From an uncultured delta proteobacterium (GTDB taxonomy: Bacteria > Desulfobacterota > RBG-13-43-22), in contig CAWAKF010000032.1 in the NCBI GenBank assembly GCA_963782435.1, positions 23,400 through 87,399 on the forward strand: DNA of 64,000 nucleotides, read 5' to 3'. A model generated the notes under the pieces. The model was not told the origin of the DNA, ran no database searches, and was given only the letters and a program-made list of their open reading frames with translations. Below, piece by piece: positions 31,037 to 42,067 of this stretch. The position numbers were made by a program, and so were the translations under genes. Positions within the stretch are counted from its first letter, which is position 1. The number at the start of each line of letters is the position of its first letter.

Positions 31037-32965
31037 ATGATAGGATTAATAGGGTGGATTGTCTTATATCTGGTAGGTTTTATTATTCTGGTCCTTATCC
31101 TTCGCGGTTTTTGTTTAATCGGCGCCAATCAAGTCGGTATCCTGACTAAAAACATGTTCGGCAAAAAAATGCCTGAGGGACAGATCATCGCCCGTCATGG
31201 AGAAATAGGGGTCCAAGCAAAAACGTTGATGCCGGGACTCTATTGGAGGCTTCCTATCATTTGGTCATTTACAAAAATTCCGGTCGTGACGGTAGATATT
31301 GCCAGTATCGGGATCGTCGAATCGATTGACGGCGAACCGCTCCCCAAAGGCAGAGTGTTAGCCGACGAAGTCGAGTGCAATCAATTTCAAGATGCGGAGA
31401 TGTTCTTGGCCAACCATGGAAAGAAGGGACCGCAGGTTGGAATTCTACGTCCAGGCACTTACCGGATCAATATGAAACTGTTCAATATTACCAAAGCGCC
31501 GGCGATAAAAATAGCTGAGAATACCATTGGTATCGCCGTGGCTAAAGATGGTATTCCCTTACCGACCGGCTATGTCATCGCCCCGAAGGCTCTCAATGAT
31601 GACGGGTCCGAAGCGGACCACAAAGCGTATCAAAACGGGCAGCTCTTTATCGATAGCAAAGGATACCGGGGACCGCAGTTGGATACCCTCCAGCCGGGAA
31701 TATATTTCATCAATCCGAACTTATTTGATATTAAAATTGAAGCGGTAGCCGAGGTACTTCCGGGATATGTGGCCGTAATCCGATCTAACGTGGGTTTGGA
31801 GTTGGAGAGGGTACCTGAAGGGCCCGATCGAAGTACCGGTGAAGGAAAATTCGGCGGTCCGATCCATGAAGATGTCGAGAAAATACTGATAACCGATAAA
31901 TACACCCGCGGCATTTGGAGGGAGCCGATAGCACCTGGAAAATACAATCTGAATGCGGTTGCTTTCACCGCCTATCAAGTGCCAACTTCCGCGGTTACCA
32001 TTGATTGGGCCACCGAGGGAAGAATCGGGACAGAGGTCAGGGGAGTTAAATCATCGGAGACCAAGGCTGCTGCGGTCTTATACAGTTTTGATCCCTTGAA
32101 GGTGACTTCCAAAGACGGCTTTCAACTGGAAGTCAATGTACGAATGGTGATTCGAATTCAGCCAGGCAATGCGGCCTATATCATAGCCCGGTTCGGGTCG
32201 GTGGCCAATCTGATTGATCAAATCGTCCATCCGCTGATTGATTCTTCCTTCAGGAATAAAGCCGGCGAGAAGAAAGCGATCGACTTTTTCCAAAGCCGGA
32301 CGGACTTACAGACCGAAGCCCTGATCCATGCCAAAGAAAGATTTGCCGAGTACAATGTGGAGGCCCAAAACCTGCTCATCGCTTATATCGACATCCCTAA
32401 GGATTTGCTGGACACTCAAACCAAAAAAGAGATTGCCAATCAACAGCAAGCTCAGTACGACCAGGAGGCGATGGCTCAAGAAAAGCGTATCGCGGTCATG
32501 GAGAAATCGTCCCGGGCGGATAAACAAAAAGATGTTATTGATGCCAAATTATCCATAGACATCAATAATGACCGGGCCGAGGCCAAGGTTAAGGAAGCGG
32601 ACGGTAACCGGCGGTCTGTGATTCTCCAAGCCCAAGGGACCAGAGAATCCACCATATTGATGGCTCAAGGGACCAAAGAATCGACCATCCTGGTGGCGGA
32701 CGCCAATTCGTACAAAAGCAAGATTGAGGGGGACGGGGTGGCCGCCGCCTACAATGCTCAGAAGGAGGCCATTGGTCAGCAGAACGTAGCGATCATCAAA
32801 CTGATTCAGGAAATAGCAGCCGGAAAGATTCAGATTGTGCCCCAGGTTTTGGTTGGGGGCGGGGAGGGCTCAGCCAGCGGAAACCTGTTCAATGCCTGGC
32901 TATCCCAAATGATTTCTCAAAACGTAGCGAAAAGTGAAGAAAAAGAGATGAAAGCGGATGAATGA
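31037..32965 (+). CDS. Flotillin-like SPFH/Band-7 family membrane protein (YqiK-like)
   Basis: N-terminal TM helix, an SPFH-like region, then a long Ala/Glu/Gln-rich coiled-coil with repeated QAQGT(R/K)ESTIL units. Confidence 0.7.
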   Translation: MIGLIGWIVLYLVGFIILVLILRGFCLIGANQVGILTKNMFGKKMPEGQIIARHGEIGVQAKTLMPGLYWRLPIIWSFTKIPVVTVDIASIGIVESIDGEPLPKGRVLADEVECNQFQDAEMFLANHGKKGPQVGILRPGTYRINMKLFNITKAPAIKIAENTIGIAVAKDGIPLPTGYVIAPKALNDDGSEADHKAYQNGQLFIDSKGYRGPQLDTLQPGIYFINPNLFDIKIEAVAEVLPGYVAVIRSNVGLELERVPEGPDRSTGEGKFGGPIHEDVEKILITDKYTRGIWREPIAPGKYNLNAVAFTAYQVPTSAVTIDWATEGRIGTEVRGVKSSETKAAAVLYSFDPLKVTSKDGFQLEVNVRMVIRIQPGNAAYIIARFGSVANLIDQIVHPLIDSSFRNKAGEKKAIDFFQSRTDLQTEALIHAKERFAEYNVEAQNLLIAYIDIPKDLLDTQTKKEIANQQQAQYDQEAMAQEKRIAVMEKSSRADKQKDVIDAKLSIDINNDRAEAKVKEADGNRRSVILQAQGTRESTILMAQGTKESTILVADANSYKSKIEGDGVAAAYNAQKEAIGQQNVAIIKLIQEIAAGKIQIVPQVLVGGGEGSASGNLFNAWLSQMISQNVAKSEEKEMKADE

Positions 32966-33103
32966 TAAATGGGACAACCGGCCCTTTTAATTCTATGCTC
33001 CTAAAATAATCATTTCTGGAAAGTAAAAACTGATTATTTAAATAGGTATCGTGGCCCGACCCGGTTTAGGCCCGTTTAGGTCATTAAAAAAGGAGGAAAA
33101 GAC

Positions 33104-33640
33104 ATGCAATCGAGTGAACTTTCTCTTAGGGAAAAAAAACACATTTTTCAATCAAGGGTCCGTAAACCTATCTTCATCAGCCTGATCGCCTTGTTGGCCC
33201 TGTCATTTCTGGGCGGTGTCAGCCAATCGAGCTCGGATCATCAAAAAATGATCCATGAGATGGAATCCCGGGTAATGCCATTTGACTTGAACAAAACACA
33301 ACATGTTTTCCATATGACTGAAAGCGGCGGAATACAACAGGTGATTGTAAGGGACCCAAGAGACTCCGATCAAGTTCCTCTCATTCGCCGGCATCTTCGT
33401 CATGAGGCAATGCAATTTTCCAAAGGAAACTTTTCAGATCCTACAAAGCTGCACGGAGAAACCATACCAGGAATCAAGGAACTTGAAGCGGGGGCCTCGA
33501 AAGTAAAAATAACTTATAGCGAATTGCCGAATGGCGCCCGGGTGACATTCGTGACTTCGGATATCCATCTGATTACAGCCATTCACAGGTGGTTTGGAGC
33601 ACAATTGTCTGATCACGGATCTGATGCAACTTATCGTTAA
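33104..33640 (+). CDS. Hypothetical exported protein
   Basis: Signal-peptide-like N-terminus. Several His-rich motifs. No confident family assignment. Confidence 0.4.
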   Translation: MQSSELSLREKKHIFQSRVRKPIFISLIALLALSFLGGVSQSSSDHQKMIHEMESRVMPFDLNKTQHVFHMTESGGIQQVIVRDPRDSDQVPLIRRHLRHEAMQFSKGNFSDPTKLHGETIPGIKELEAGASKVKITYSELPNGARVTFVTSDIHLITAIHRWFGAQLSDHGSDATYR

Positions 33641-33846
33641 GTTTTGAGTGTCTGAAAAAGGATATCAGTAATTGGGTCTATGGAATACAAACCCCGAACG
33701 GAGTCAGGTCCTGCGAACTAATTGATCCGACAATTTGGTGAAAGTTTTAGGAGAGTTGCTGCTGTAATTATCGTTTTTAAAAAATAAATAGATAGGTATA
33801 ATAACCCAGAGCATCTTTCACAATTTAATTCAAAGAGGAGAAAAAT

Positions 33847-35244
33847 ATGTCTTATTCCGGTACCCACATCCCATCTGCCAAAAATTGCAGCTACCCACTT
33901 GGGTTCGGAAATAGAATTGTACCACTTATTGATGGTGCGCCGGCTTTCCGAAGGATCTGCGAGGCCGTGGTGCAGGCCAAACATTCCGTATGGGTAACCG
34001 TGGCATTTTTGGAGATGGAATTCCAGATGCCGGACGGTCACGGCTCTGTTTTCGATGTTTTGGATCGGGCCAAAGAAAGGGGCCTTGATGTCCGGGTCAT
34101 TTTTTGGCGGTCTGAATGGGCCACCGACATTCATTTTCATGGATCTGCTGAACATCGTAAATTTCTGTCATCCAGAGGTAGTACTTTTCTGGCCCGGTGG
34201 GACCGCTTGGAAAAGACCTGGTGCCATCACCAAAAAAGCTGGTTAATCGATGCCGGCCAAGATTCGGAAGTTGCTTTCGTCGGTGGGATCAATCTGGAAC
34301 CCCATTCCGTGGTTGATCCCGGTCATGAGGGACATGAGAACGGCAGTATACATGACATTTATGTTGAGGTTCAAGGTCCTGCTGCGACAGATGTCCATCA
34401 TAATTTTGTCCAACGCTGGAATGAAGCCAGCGAGAGAAATCTTCCTGACGGACGATGGCCAGCAGATGCAATGCTTTCCGATCTGCCTTTTCCCGAATAT
34501 TTATCACATTCTAAAGGAGAAATACCCGTTCAGTTGTCCCGGACCGTCCGGCGGGGAAGCTATAGCGACGTCACACCAGCCATCGGGGCGGAACCCTTTC
34601 CAATCATGAAGGGAGAACAGAGCTGCCTGGAGCAGTATATTTTGGCCATAGAGGCAGCAAACGAAGTCATTTATATAGAAGATCAGGCCATAGGATCGAT
34701 TGTGGTCGTTGAACTGATGGAAAAGGCACTGGAAAGAGGCGTTACGATCGTTTATGTTCTTCCAGGCCGGATAAGTGATCTCGTGATACAGACCTTGGAT
34801 GATCCCCGCTCCCAGCCCTTATACGACAAGCTGCACGCTTTGGGGCGTTTCCCGAATTTTACCATGGCCGCTTTGGCAGCCAATCGAGGTCCCGGAAAAT
34901 ATCTGGACATCTATGTCCATGCCAAAATTGCCATAGTCGATGGCGTTTGGGCAACTATCGGATCATGCAATATAGCGGGACGGTCCTTTTTCTCTGATAC
35001 GGAGTTGAATGCCTCCTTTTGGCACCAAGAGACCGCGCACCGGTTTCGAAATGATTTATTTAAAGAACATCTCGGAATGGATGTTTCCCATTTGAGTGAC
35101 CTGGAAGCGCTGAACTTATTCAAGGAAATAGCCCGGGAAAATACTTTGAGACGGGTGCGTGGAGAGGTCCTAAAGGGTTTGGCCTTTCAACTTGATCCGG
35201 CCCACTATCCATCTGTGGTGCCTTGGCTGCCAAATTTGAATTAA
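33847..35244 (+). CDS. Phospholipase D-family protein (two HKD motifs), cytoplasmic
   Basis: First HKD is HHQKSWLIDAG and second is HAKIAIVDGVWATIGSCNIAGRS. No TM segments. Confidence 0.7.
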   Translation: MSYSGTHIPSAKNCSYPLGFGNRIVPLIDGAPAFRRICEAVVQAKHSVWVTVAFLEMEFQMPDGHGSVFDVLDRAKERGLDVRVIFWRSEWATDIHFHGSAEHRKFLSSRGSTFLARWDRLEKTWCHHQKSWLIDAGQDSEVAFVGGINLEPHSVVDPGHEGHENGSIHDIYVEVQGPAATDVHHNFVQRWNEASERNLPDGRWPADAMLSDLPFPEYLSHSKGEIPVQLSRTVRRGSYSDVTPAIGAEPFPIMKGEQSCLEQYILAIEAANEVIYIEDQAIGSIVVVELMEKALERGVTIVYVLPGRISDLVIQTLDDPRSQPLYDKLHALGRFPNFTMAALAANRGPGKYLDIYVHAKIAIVDGVWATIGSCNIAGRSFFSDTELNASFWHQETAHRFRNDLFKEHLGMDVSHLSDLEALNLFKEIARENTLRRVRGEVLKGLAFQLDPAHYPSVVPWLPNLN

Positions 35245-35416
35245 TCCAAACATTCCAGTAGACAGGTAGAGGTTCGGAGGATGTTATTTTGACCAAAAGT
35301 GAATTATTATTTCATTGTTCGTGGCCTATCCGATGAAAAGCTTCCTGAAATCCTCAAAATCAGATCTTGTATTGCTATGCCAGATTTCAATTTATAATTT
35401 TTGGATCATCTCCCGA

Positions 35417-36106
35417 TTAGTTGGCGAAAGCCTGATAAATTTTTAAAGAAAAGTAACGCAGGTCATGAAAGCCATAGGCTTTTCGTTTAATGACTTTAAT
35501 TTTGTTATTCACCCCTTCCAGGACGCTGGTATGGAGTGGGTAATCACAGTGATTGATAAGGCCATAGCTGTACCGTTCTAAAGTGTTTACGAACTTGGTC
35601 ACGGTCCTATTTTGAAGAGACCGCGCCAATGCGCACCAATGATCCAGGGCTTTGGTAGCCCAGGTTCGGGACTTATAGGACCAGATATGTTTTAGCTGAT
35701 CTTTAAGGATGTACACCGTGTTAATGACCTCGTTAAGTTTTAACAATTCGGCTAACTGGATCCGCTCCTTAGAACGCCGAACGGTATTTTTAAGCAAAAG
35801 GTATTTGGCTCCTTTAAAGATCTCTTTTTGATCTTTGGAAGCTTTTCGGTATTCACTATTGCGGACTTTATCGATAACTCGGCTGAATTGGTTTATAACA
35901 TGAAACAGGTCAAAGACGATCTGGACATGAGGTACTTTATCTTTGACGGCTTTGATATAGGGGTCCCACATATCCATGGCAATGGCTTCCAAGTGTTTTT
36001 TTTGACTCTTAGACAGTAGATTAAAGAATGTTTTTAAGGTCCGGGCTTTACGCTTTTGGCCGATCCAGACTACGCGACCGGATTCATAATCCAGGATAAC
36101 AGTCAA
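35417..36106 (-). pseudogene. ISL3-family transposase, C-terminal part
   Basis: C-terminal ISL3 signature ...NNKIKVIKRKAYGFHDLRYFSLKI. Confidence 0.65.
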
Positions 36107-36124
36107 GTAACGATGTCCTTTTGG

Positions 36125-37950
36125 GTGTACGACAAATTTATGGGTAAAATATTACGCCGCAATCCGACTTTCCCAAAAATCTTCCCAGCGGTTGCTCATG
36201 ATGCAGCAGCGCAGGGCAATAATACTGTTTGCTCCCCTGACTGTCCAGTGCATCCCTGACTGTTTCAACCTTTGTCCAATGACCGCTCGGCAACCTGCCT
36301 CTAGAACGCCTGAACCTACAAAAAATCCTCTTTTTCTGAAATCCGCATACCTCATCCGCTCCATATTTTTCCTAAAATAGCCGATTTCTTTTTCACATAC
36401 TGCCTTATCGTTCCCCGGAAGGCACATGCATTTATAGATGGATTCAATGACTTCTTCCACTCTGCCTTCATCCAGTTCCTTTCGACGTTCTTCTGCCCAC
36501 AGATGGAGTCTCTCACTATTCTGCCCGAAACATACTTTGGCAACATTCCAGTAATGTCCCCGCGCATGATACAGGTCGACAATCTGGGTGGCACCATAAA
36601 AATGCTCATCCGCTATATTCCATATCCAAGACGCCCCGTCCCCAAGCACGCAAACCTCGCCTGCCCGATCCATACCACGTCTCATGGCCTCTTGATAAAT
36701 CCGCTGTCCAAACGTCTCAGCCACTTCGATCGCCCCCGTATAACTGGTTGACTCTTCATCTCGCACCGGACGACCTTTTTTATCAAAACCTGTTTGGGTA
36801 AAGACACAGCCCAACTTCACTTCCCTGGTCTTGGCTTGGCCGTCTTTCCCCTTTCCCTGTCCACCAACCGTTTCTTTCTTCACCACGGGAACTCCGGTCC
36901 CGTCCATGCATACATACAACCAAGGAACTGGCTTGATCGAAACGCCCTTCCTTGATAACGATGCCTTGCCCTCGGCCAATTGAAAAGCTTCCGTCTGATG
37001 GCCTACCCTCTGGGATATCCGCTCTACTTCCTTGGCGCTGACACGGATACCTGCCAGTTCATACAAGTCTTCATGGCCAAGACCAAATGACCGATAGGCC
37101 CCTACCTTGCTCATCATCCGGCGCACGCCGGAACTGTACGAAGTCCCTTCAATATCTAGGCTATGATCTTTCGGACACCAACCAACCTGACATCCCTGAT
37201 CGTAATAGTAGGCCCTCTTCACGGCCACTGGGCCTAACACCGTCAGCAGTTCCTTATCTCGATACTCAACAAATTCATAGTAATGTTCTTTCTCGCAGGG
37301 TATAGTCCTGCCCCGATATCCTCCACCATCGGCGTTTATAAGCTTTTCAAGCAGGCTACATCCTATACGGTGCATCGAGGAACGAATATTCAGTTCAAAC
37401 GATTCCAGATCAAAGCCGCCGCTCTGCCCCTTCTCAGCACCATAACACTCAATAATCCGACCTATCTCGTTTTGTATTTCTTCGTAAACCGCTCCTGCAA
37501 TTTTTTTTTTAGATCGTTCAGTTCTTTATCATCTGTTACTTGCGGCACCGGACGTACCTCGCAAATACGCTCGTTTATCTCCACAATTTCCTCGCAGAGT
37601 TTTAAAAACTTTTGATGGTTGGCAATTTCGTCCAGATATTTTTGCATCTCCGGACCAAGCTTCAGGCTCTTGGCATAACTTTTCCCTTTGATCGTTGTAT
37701 TCCATAAATGTTGCGGTCCATGCCCCGGATGCCCTTCTTTGTTACAGGCACAATTCCTTTTTCCACATTTACGGTATATTACCGAAATTATGCCCCGCCT
37801 GAAATCTCCGGTTTCCTGCAACTGCTTATACAAATTCCCCCTCTTTTTTTCTAAACTTTCAATCGTTTCTCCCATCGGCTCCCCCATTAATATCTGATTG
37901 CTTATATTGCATTCAGATAATATTGGATCAAACCGATTTTGTCAACTGTT
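36125..37950 (-). mobile_element. ISKra4-like insertion sequence nested inside the ISL3 element
   Basis: Carries an ISKra4-type transposase. It separates the two halves of the ISL3 transposase gene. Confidence 0.5.
36152..37887 (-). pseudogene. ISKra4-family transposase. The N-terminal 141-aa ORF and C-terminal 407-aa ORF are separated by a frameshift in a T10 run (37501-37510).
   Basis: Zn-finger-like CGKRNCACNKEGHPGHG in the N-terminal ORF. The DDE region is in the C-terminal ORF. The frame switch falls exactly on the homopolymer. Confidence 0.55.
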
Positions 37951-37959
37951 TATTCTTTC

Positions 37960-38598
37960 CTACCCATATCTATGTCGCAGACCCTGTCCTTTTCGAATAG
38001 CGATTTCATCAACAGCCAAAAGACGAAGTCCGTCAAAATGGGGGGTTCCATATTGGGCCTCCAGAAAATATTTGTCGATGTTTTTAACCGTTTTCCAATT
38101 TAGGTCAAGATGATCGGCTACCTCCTTGACGGTCATGACTCGGCACAGACAATGAATATATAAGGCCAATCGTTTGGTAACTCGGAAATAGGGATGGAGA
38201 AGCTCCAGATCTTCTTCGATAACAATCTGTCCACAAGTGAGGCAGAAGATCTTTCGAAAATGGCAATGAAGATATACTTGGGTCGATGCCAGATTCAGAT
38301 CCCGGATGCTGCGTTGGCTCCAACTGTGAACCCGGAGGGCCTTCTGACCACACAGGTGACAGATGGGTTCAAATCGCTTGTCTGGAGAACAACCTTCAGC
38401 CAAGATTCGTGAGCTTGGGGATAGACAAATTGATCTATAACTCGAATTCGACAAAAGGGGAAATAGGGCGTTATACTGAGTTGGGACATCGCAGGCCTCC
38501 AAGGGTTTTGTTTTGTTTGGCAACAAACTTATATCCCCAAGAGATACCGGATGTCCATTTTCTTTTGTTATCATCTGCTTAACCCTATTTCCTATCAA
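37960..38598 (-). pseudogene. ISL3-family transposase, N-terminal part (zf-ISL3 + HTH)
   Basis: CHLCGQK...CLTCGQ zinc-finger pairs, and LLAVDEIAIRKGQ typical of the ISL3 N-terminus. Confidence 0.6.
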
Positions 38599-38644
38599 CT
38601 AATTGGGATATGAACCTAATTTTTAAACTGCCATCCACAATAGC

Positions 38645-39196
38645 ATGTCATTTGACCGCGAGGATTGTTTTATGGAACTCTTCAGTTACTTTTTTCGTTA
38701 TCTGATCTCTGCATTGTTGTTAATTATTATGTATTCTATCGCCATACCGGTAGGGATAATAAGCCGGCCTCTTGCCTGGAGAATTATTAAACAAGGGGAC
38801 AGGATCTTTTTAAAAATGTTCGGAGTTGAAGTAATCTGGGAATATGACACTCAATATATTGACCCCGTTTCAGGATTTGCTGTCCCCCCGTCTTCAGGAG
38901 GTGTCGTTATCGGATTAACCCCAAAAAGCCTTATTGACCCAATAATCGCCCAGTCCAAGGCACCAAGGATATTTATGTCAATCTGGAATATTGAATATGC
39001 CCTGATACCATTTATTGGTTGGATATCATGGATTTTTGGATGGGTAATTATTCGACAGCTTCCTAATCAGGCTAAGGGGAAAACTATTAAAGCGGAATCT
39101 TATCTTCGAAAAGGCGGTTTAGTTGATTTAGAAACCCCCGCCCTAAGGGCGGGGTCATGTGGACTGGCTATGCCGGTCCCGAATGGGCTTGGCTGA
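38645..39196 (+). CDS. Hypothetical membrane protein. Its last 20 codons are supplied by the 275-bp repeat, so it is probably truncated or fused.
   Basis: Hydrophobic segments. The reading frame runs into repeat copy 1 at about 39128. Confidence 0.3.
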   Translation: MSFDREDCFMELFSYFFRYLISALLLIIMYSIAIPVGIISRPLAWRIIKQGDRIFLKMFGVEVIWEYDTQYIDPVSGFAVPPSSGGVVIGLTPKSLIDPIIAQSKAPRIFMSIWNIEYALIPFIGWISWIFGWVIIRQLPNQAKGKTIKAESYLRKGGLVDLETPALRAGSCGLAMPVPNGLG

Positions 39197-39430
39197 AAGG
39201 CCATTTCTTGGCCCGTTTCGGCATTCCGGGCTTGACCCGCTTCCTGCCCGTAGGCATCCAGGCCTGAGGCGGAATCCAGGGATTTCAGCTTTTCCTGGAC
39301 CCCGGCTTTCGCCGGGGTGAAGGCATCTATTAGATTTTAAAGTTTAGGGTTCAGGTTTGAATCTGTTATTTTAAGCCCCCCTCTGGGGGGCCCAATTAAA
39401 GCCACGTCCTATGGGCGTGGATTATTTACT
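39128..39430 (+). repeat. GC-rich interspersed repeat, copy 1 (303 bp, with a 28-bp insert carrying a cccccc-tct-gggggg hairpin)
   Basis: About 95% identical to 45498..45772 in the same orientation. Contains several hairpins (cccgccc-taa-gggcggg; ccccggc-tttc-gccgggg). Confidence 0.75.
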
Positions 39431-39889
39431 TGACAAACAGTAGTAGGTGGAGGAGAGCCCTTGGGGATAAGGAGGTATTTTTCGAGGAAGATCGATTTGC
39501 TGCTTCCTGAAATGTTGTTTTTAAAATTTTTTCAAAAATGCCAAATGGTAATCATCAACGAAATAGAGATATACCATTCAGGATTTCCTTGGATCGACAG
39601 ACAGTTTAATATGAGACCAAACCCGAAGTGGGATGGAGAGGTTGGTTTGCAATTTGGGACTTTGGCCCCAGCTTCCTTTCTATTGGATTCCATTTACTCA
39701 ATCCGGCACCCATATCCCTCAACTGGTCAGCCAAAAAAAACCCTTAAGTCTCTTTTCCTACTTTATTTTTTATCCTTGATCTCTCATTTGGCTCAATTTA
39801 TACTCAGTCCATCCCAACGGAAATTATTATCAAAGATGTCCTGGACGAGGAGAGGTTAAAAAAACCTTACAATTATTACAGGCAACTAT

Positions 39890-40435
39890 ATGAAAGTTAT
39901 CGATTTTAAAAAAATTATTGATGAGTATAGAGAAAAGTTGTCCTTATACAATGATTTTTGCATGACAATGAACAACCTCCTGGTCTATTTGTTAGTGGAT
40001 AGAAAGTATAAATACCAAATTTCCTATCGGATAAAATCCCTTGACAGCTTAACAAAGAAAATAATTAAAAAAACCGCTGAAGGGACAAAATTTAAAAAAT
40101 TAAGCGACATCGAAGACATGGCGGGAATTCGGATTGTTTTTTATTTGGATAGCGACAAAAAACGATTCGTCTCCGACTTATTCAAAGAATTTACACCGCA
40201 TAACCTGAAGTTGGAAGAACGCCATAAGGAAAAAGGGTACCGTGCGACTCATGTGATTGCAAAAATCGGCACAAAAAGAATAATTTTGAATGAATATAAA
40301 AGATTTAAAGGCCTGAAATGTGAAATTCAATTAACTTCCGCTTTGTATCATGCCTGGTCTGAAATAGAGCATGATATTTTTTATAAGCCAAATTTAAAAA
40401 TTGAAAAAAACAACGAGAAACCCTTATGGAGTTGA
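39890..40435 (+). CDS. Stand-alone RelA/SpoT-synthetase-domain protein (small alarmone synthetase; possible toxSAS toxin)
   Basis: Synthetase motifs DMAGIRIVFY, YRATHVIAKIG and EIQLTSALYHAWSEIEHDIFYK. Only 181 aa. Very AT-rich compared with its surroundings. Confidence 0.7.
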   Translation: MKVIDFKKIIDEYREKLSLYNDFCMTMNNLLVYLLVDRKYKYQISYRIKSLDSLTKKIIKKTAEGTKFKKLSDIEDMAGIRIVFYLDSDKKRFVSDLFKEFTPHNLKLEERHKEKGYRATHVIAKIGTKRIILNEYKRFKGLKCEIQLTSALYHAWSEIEHDIFYKPNLKIEKNNEKPLWS

Positions 40436-40546
40436 AAATGGAGTTGGAAAAGACCATGACCAACCACATTGAAAAGGCCTCCGATTTATTCGAATCGGTC
40501 GCCAAAAGAGTGCATGATATCAGCATCAAAAAAAGATATCATAAAT
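40424..40546 (+). CDS. Hypothetical 40-aa ORF overlapping the synthetase stop. Possible cognate antitoxin or small partner.
   Basis: atggagttgaaa-atggagttggaa duplicated start. MELKMELEKTMTNHIEKASDLFESVAKRVHDISIKKRYHK. Its start overlaps the synthetase stop as ATGGAGTTGA. Confidence 0.2.
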
Positions 40547-40807
40547 AACGACACCTGCCTTCAGGTGACCCACGTCGTTCTGCCTTTCAACCTGTAATCA
40601 TTCGCTTTCAGCCAAGTTCCCGAACAAGACTTGGAAGAGATAAATTTGGGGTAAGCAGGTATTTTTCGAGGCATATCGTTTTGCTTCTGAACTCTTCATT
40701 TCTAAAAATTTGAAAGTAGTATATATTATAAATCAAGATCCATAAAAGGTAAGCTCGCCCATAAGGCAGGAGACAAGATCCTCCATGACCAGGAATGAAT
40801 ACGCGCT

Positions 40808-42067
40808 ATGCGACTATATCTGATCAATCCTTCAAACCCGCTGGTCGCCATCACCAAAGTCAAAGAGAGCCGCTGGAACCGTTACCGGGTATGGAAACCC
40901 CTCGGCCTTATGGTTCTCGCGGGATTGACTCCACCGGAGTGGGAAATCTCGATTATGGATGAGAACCTCGGGGTGCCGGACTATTCAGTTATGCCGAGGC
41001 CGGACCTGGTGGGCATTACCGCTTTTACTTCCCAGGCGAACCGTGCCTATGAAGTGGCCGCTTATTTCCGGAATCTGGGTGTTCCCGTCGTCATGGGCGG
41101 TATTCACGCAACCATGTGTTTAGAGGAGGTCATGGAGCGTGTGGACTCGGTTGTCACAGGGGAAGCCGAGAGCGTCTGGCGGCAGGTCCTGGAAGATGCC
41201 CGGCAAGGGAGTCTGAAGCGCCGGTATGACGGAGGGTTCGCCGAGATTGATGATGTCCCCTTAGCCCGTCATGATTTGCTCGATACGGGATATGCCTTCG
41301 GAGCCATCCAGACCACACGGGGCTGCCCACTGAACTGCACCTTTTGCAGCGTGACAGCCTTTAACGGTGCCCAGTACCGGCAGCGACCCATCCCGGATGT
41401 CGTCCGGGAGTTCCAGTTGATCCGTGAGAAACATGTTCTGGTGGTGGACGACAATCTCATCGGCACACGTCCTGAACATATCGCCCGTGCTAAAGACCTG
41501 TTCCGTGCCATGGCACAGGCGAACCTGCGAAAGGAATGGGTTGCCCAGGCCACCATTAACTTTGCCGATGACGAAGAACTCCTGTCTTTGGCCGCAAAGG
41601 CCGGATGCAGAGGCGTCTTTATTGGTTTTGAGTCCCTCTCACCCGAAGGGCTTCGGGAAATCGGCAAGAAATTCAACCTCCTGAAGGGCCGGGACTTCCG
41701 TGCCTCCGTGCAACGTATACAGCGACACAAGATACTGGTCGTAGGTTCCTTTATCATCGGTCTGGACATAGACGAGCCGGGCATCGGCAAGCGTATCGCC
41801 TCGGTGGCCAGCCGATATGGCGTAGACAATCTCAACACGCTATTCCTGACGCCTTTACCGGGCACGCGTCTGTGGGACCAGATGAAATTAGAGGGCCGCA
41901 TTGCCCTTAATAGGTTCCCGGAAGACTGGAAATATTACACGCTGACATTCCCGGTTGCCAGATACAAGCATTTGTCTCTTGCCGGAGCGATTCACGAAAT
42001 GATTGCCTGCGACCGGGGTTTCTACTCCATGCCGCGCATTCTGTGCAGGGTGTTTAGCAGCTTGTGA
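40808..42067 (+). CDS. B12-binding-domain radical SAM protein
   Basis: N-terminal cobalamin-binding-like domain and a CPLNCTFC (CxxxCxxC) cluster motif. Confidence 0.8.
   Translation: MRLYLINPSNPLVAITKVKESRWNRYRVWKPLGLMVLAGLTPPEWEISIMDENLGVPDYSVMPRPDLVGITAFTSQANRAYEVAAYFRNLGVPVVMGGIHATMCLEEVMERVDSVVTGEAESVWRQVLEDARQGSLKRRYDGGFAEIDDVPLARHDLLDTGYAFGAIQTTRGCPLNCTFCSVTAFNGAQYRQRPIPDVVREFQLIREKHVLVVDDNLIGTRPEHIARAKDLFRAMAQANLRKEWVAQATINFADDEELLSLAAKAGCRGVFIGFESLSPEGLREIGKKFNLLKGRDFRASVQRIQRHKILVVGSFIIGLDIDEPGIGKRIASVASRYGVDNLNTLFLTPLPGTRLWDQMKLEGRIALNRFPEDWKYYTLTFPVARYKHLSLAGAIHEMIACDRGFYSMPRILCRVFSSL

Larger units (their letters stand above)
35400..38630 (-). mobile_element. ISL3-family insertion sequence whose transposase gene is interrupted by a nested ISKra4-like element
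   Basis: Terminal inverted repeats tcccgattagttggcgaaag (about 35405) and tcccaattagttgatagg (reverse complement at about 38625). The transposase N-terminus is at 37960..38598 and the C-terminus at 35417..36106. Confidence 0.6.

Noticed and set aside
39461-39859. 132-aa ORF upstream of the RelA/SpoT synthetase
   Set aside because: Low-complexity translation, no RBS. It spans the Y motif and AT-rich spacer. Probably non-coding, although a degraded antitoxin cannot be excluded.
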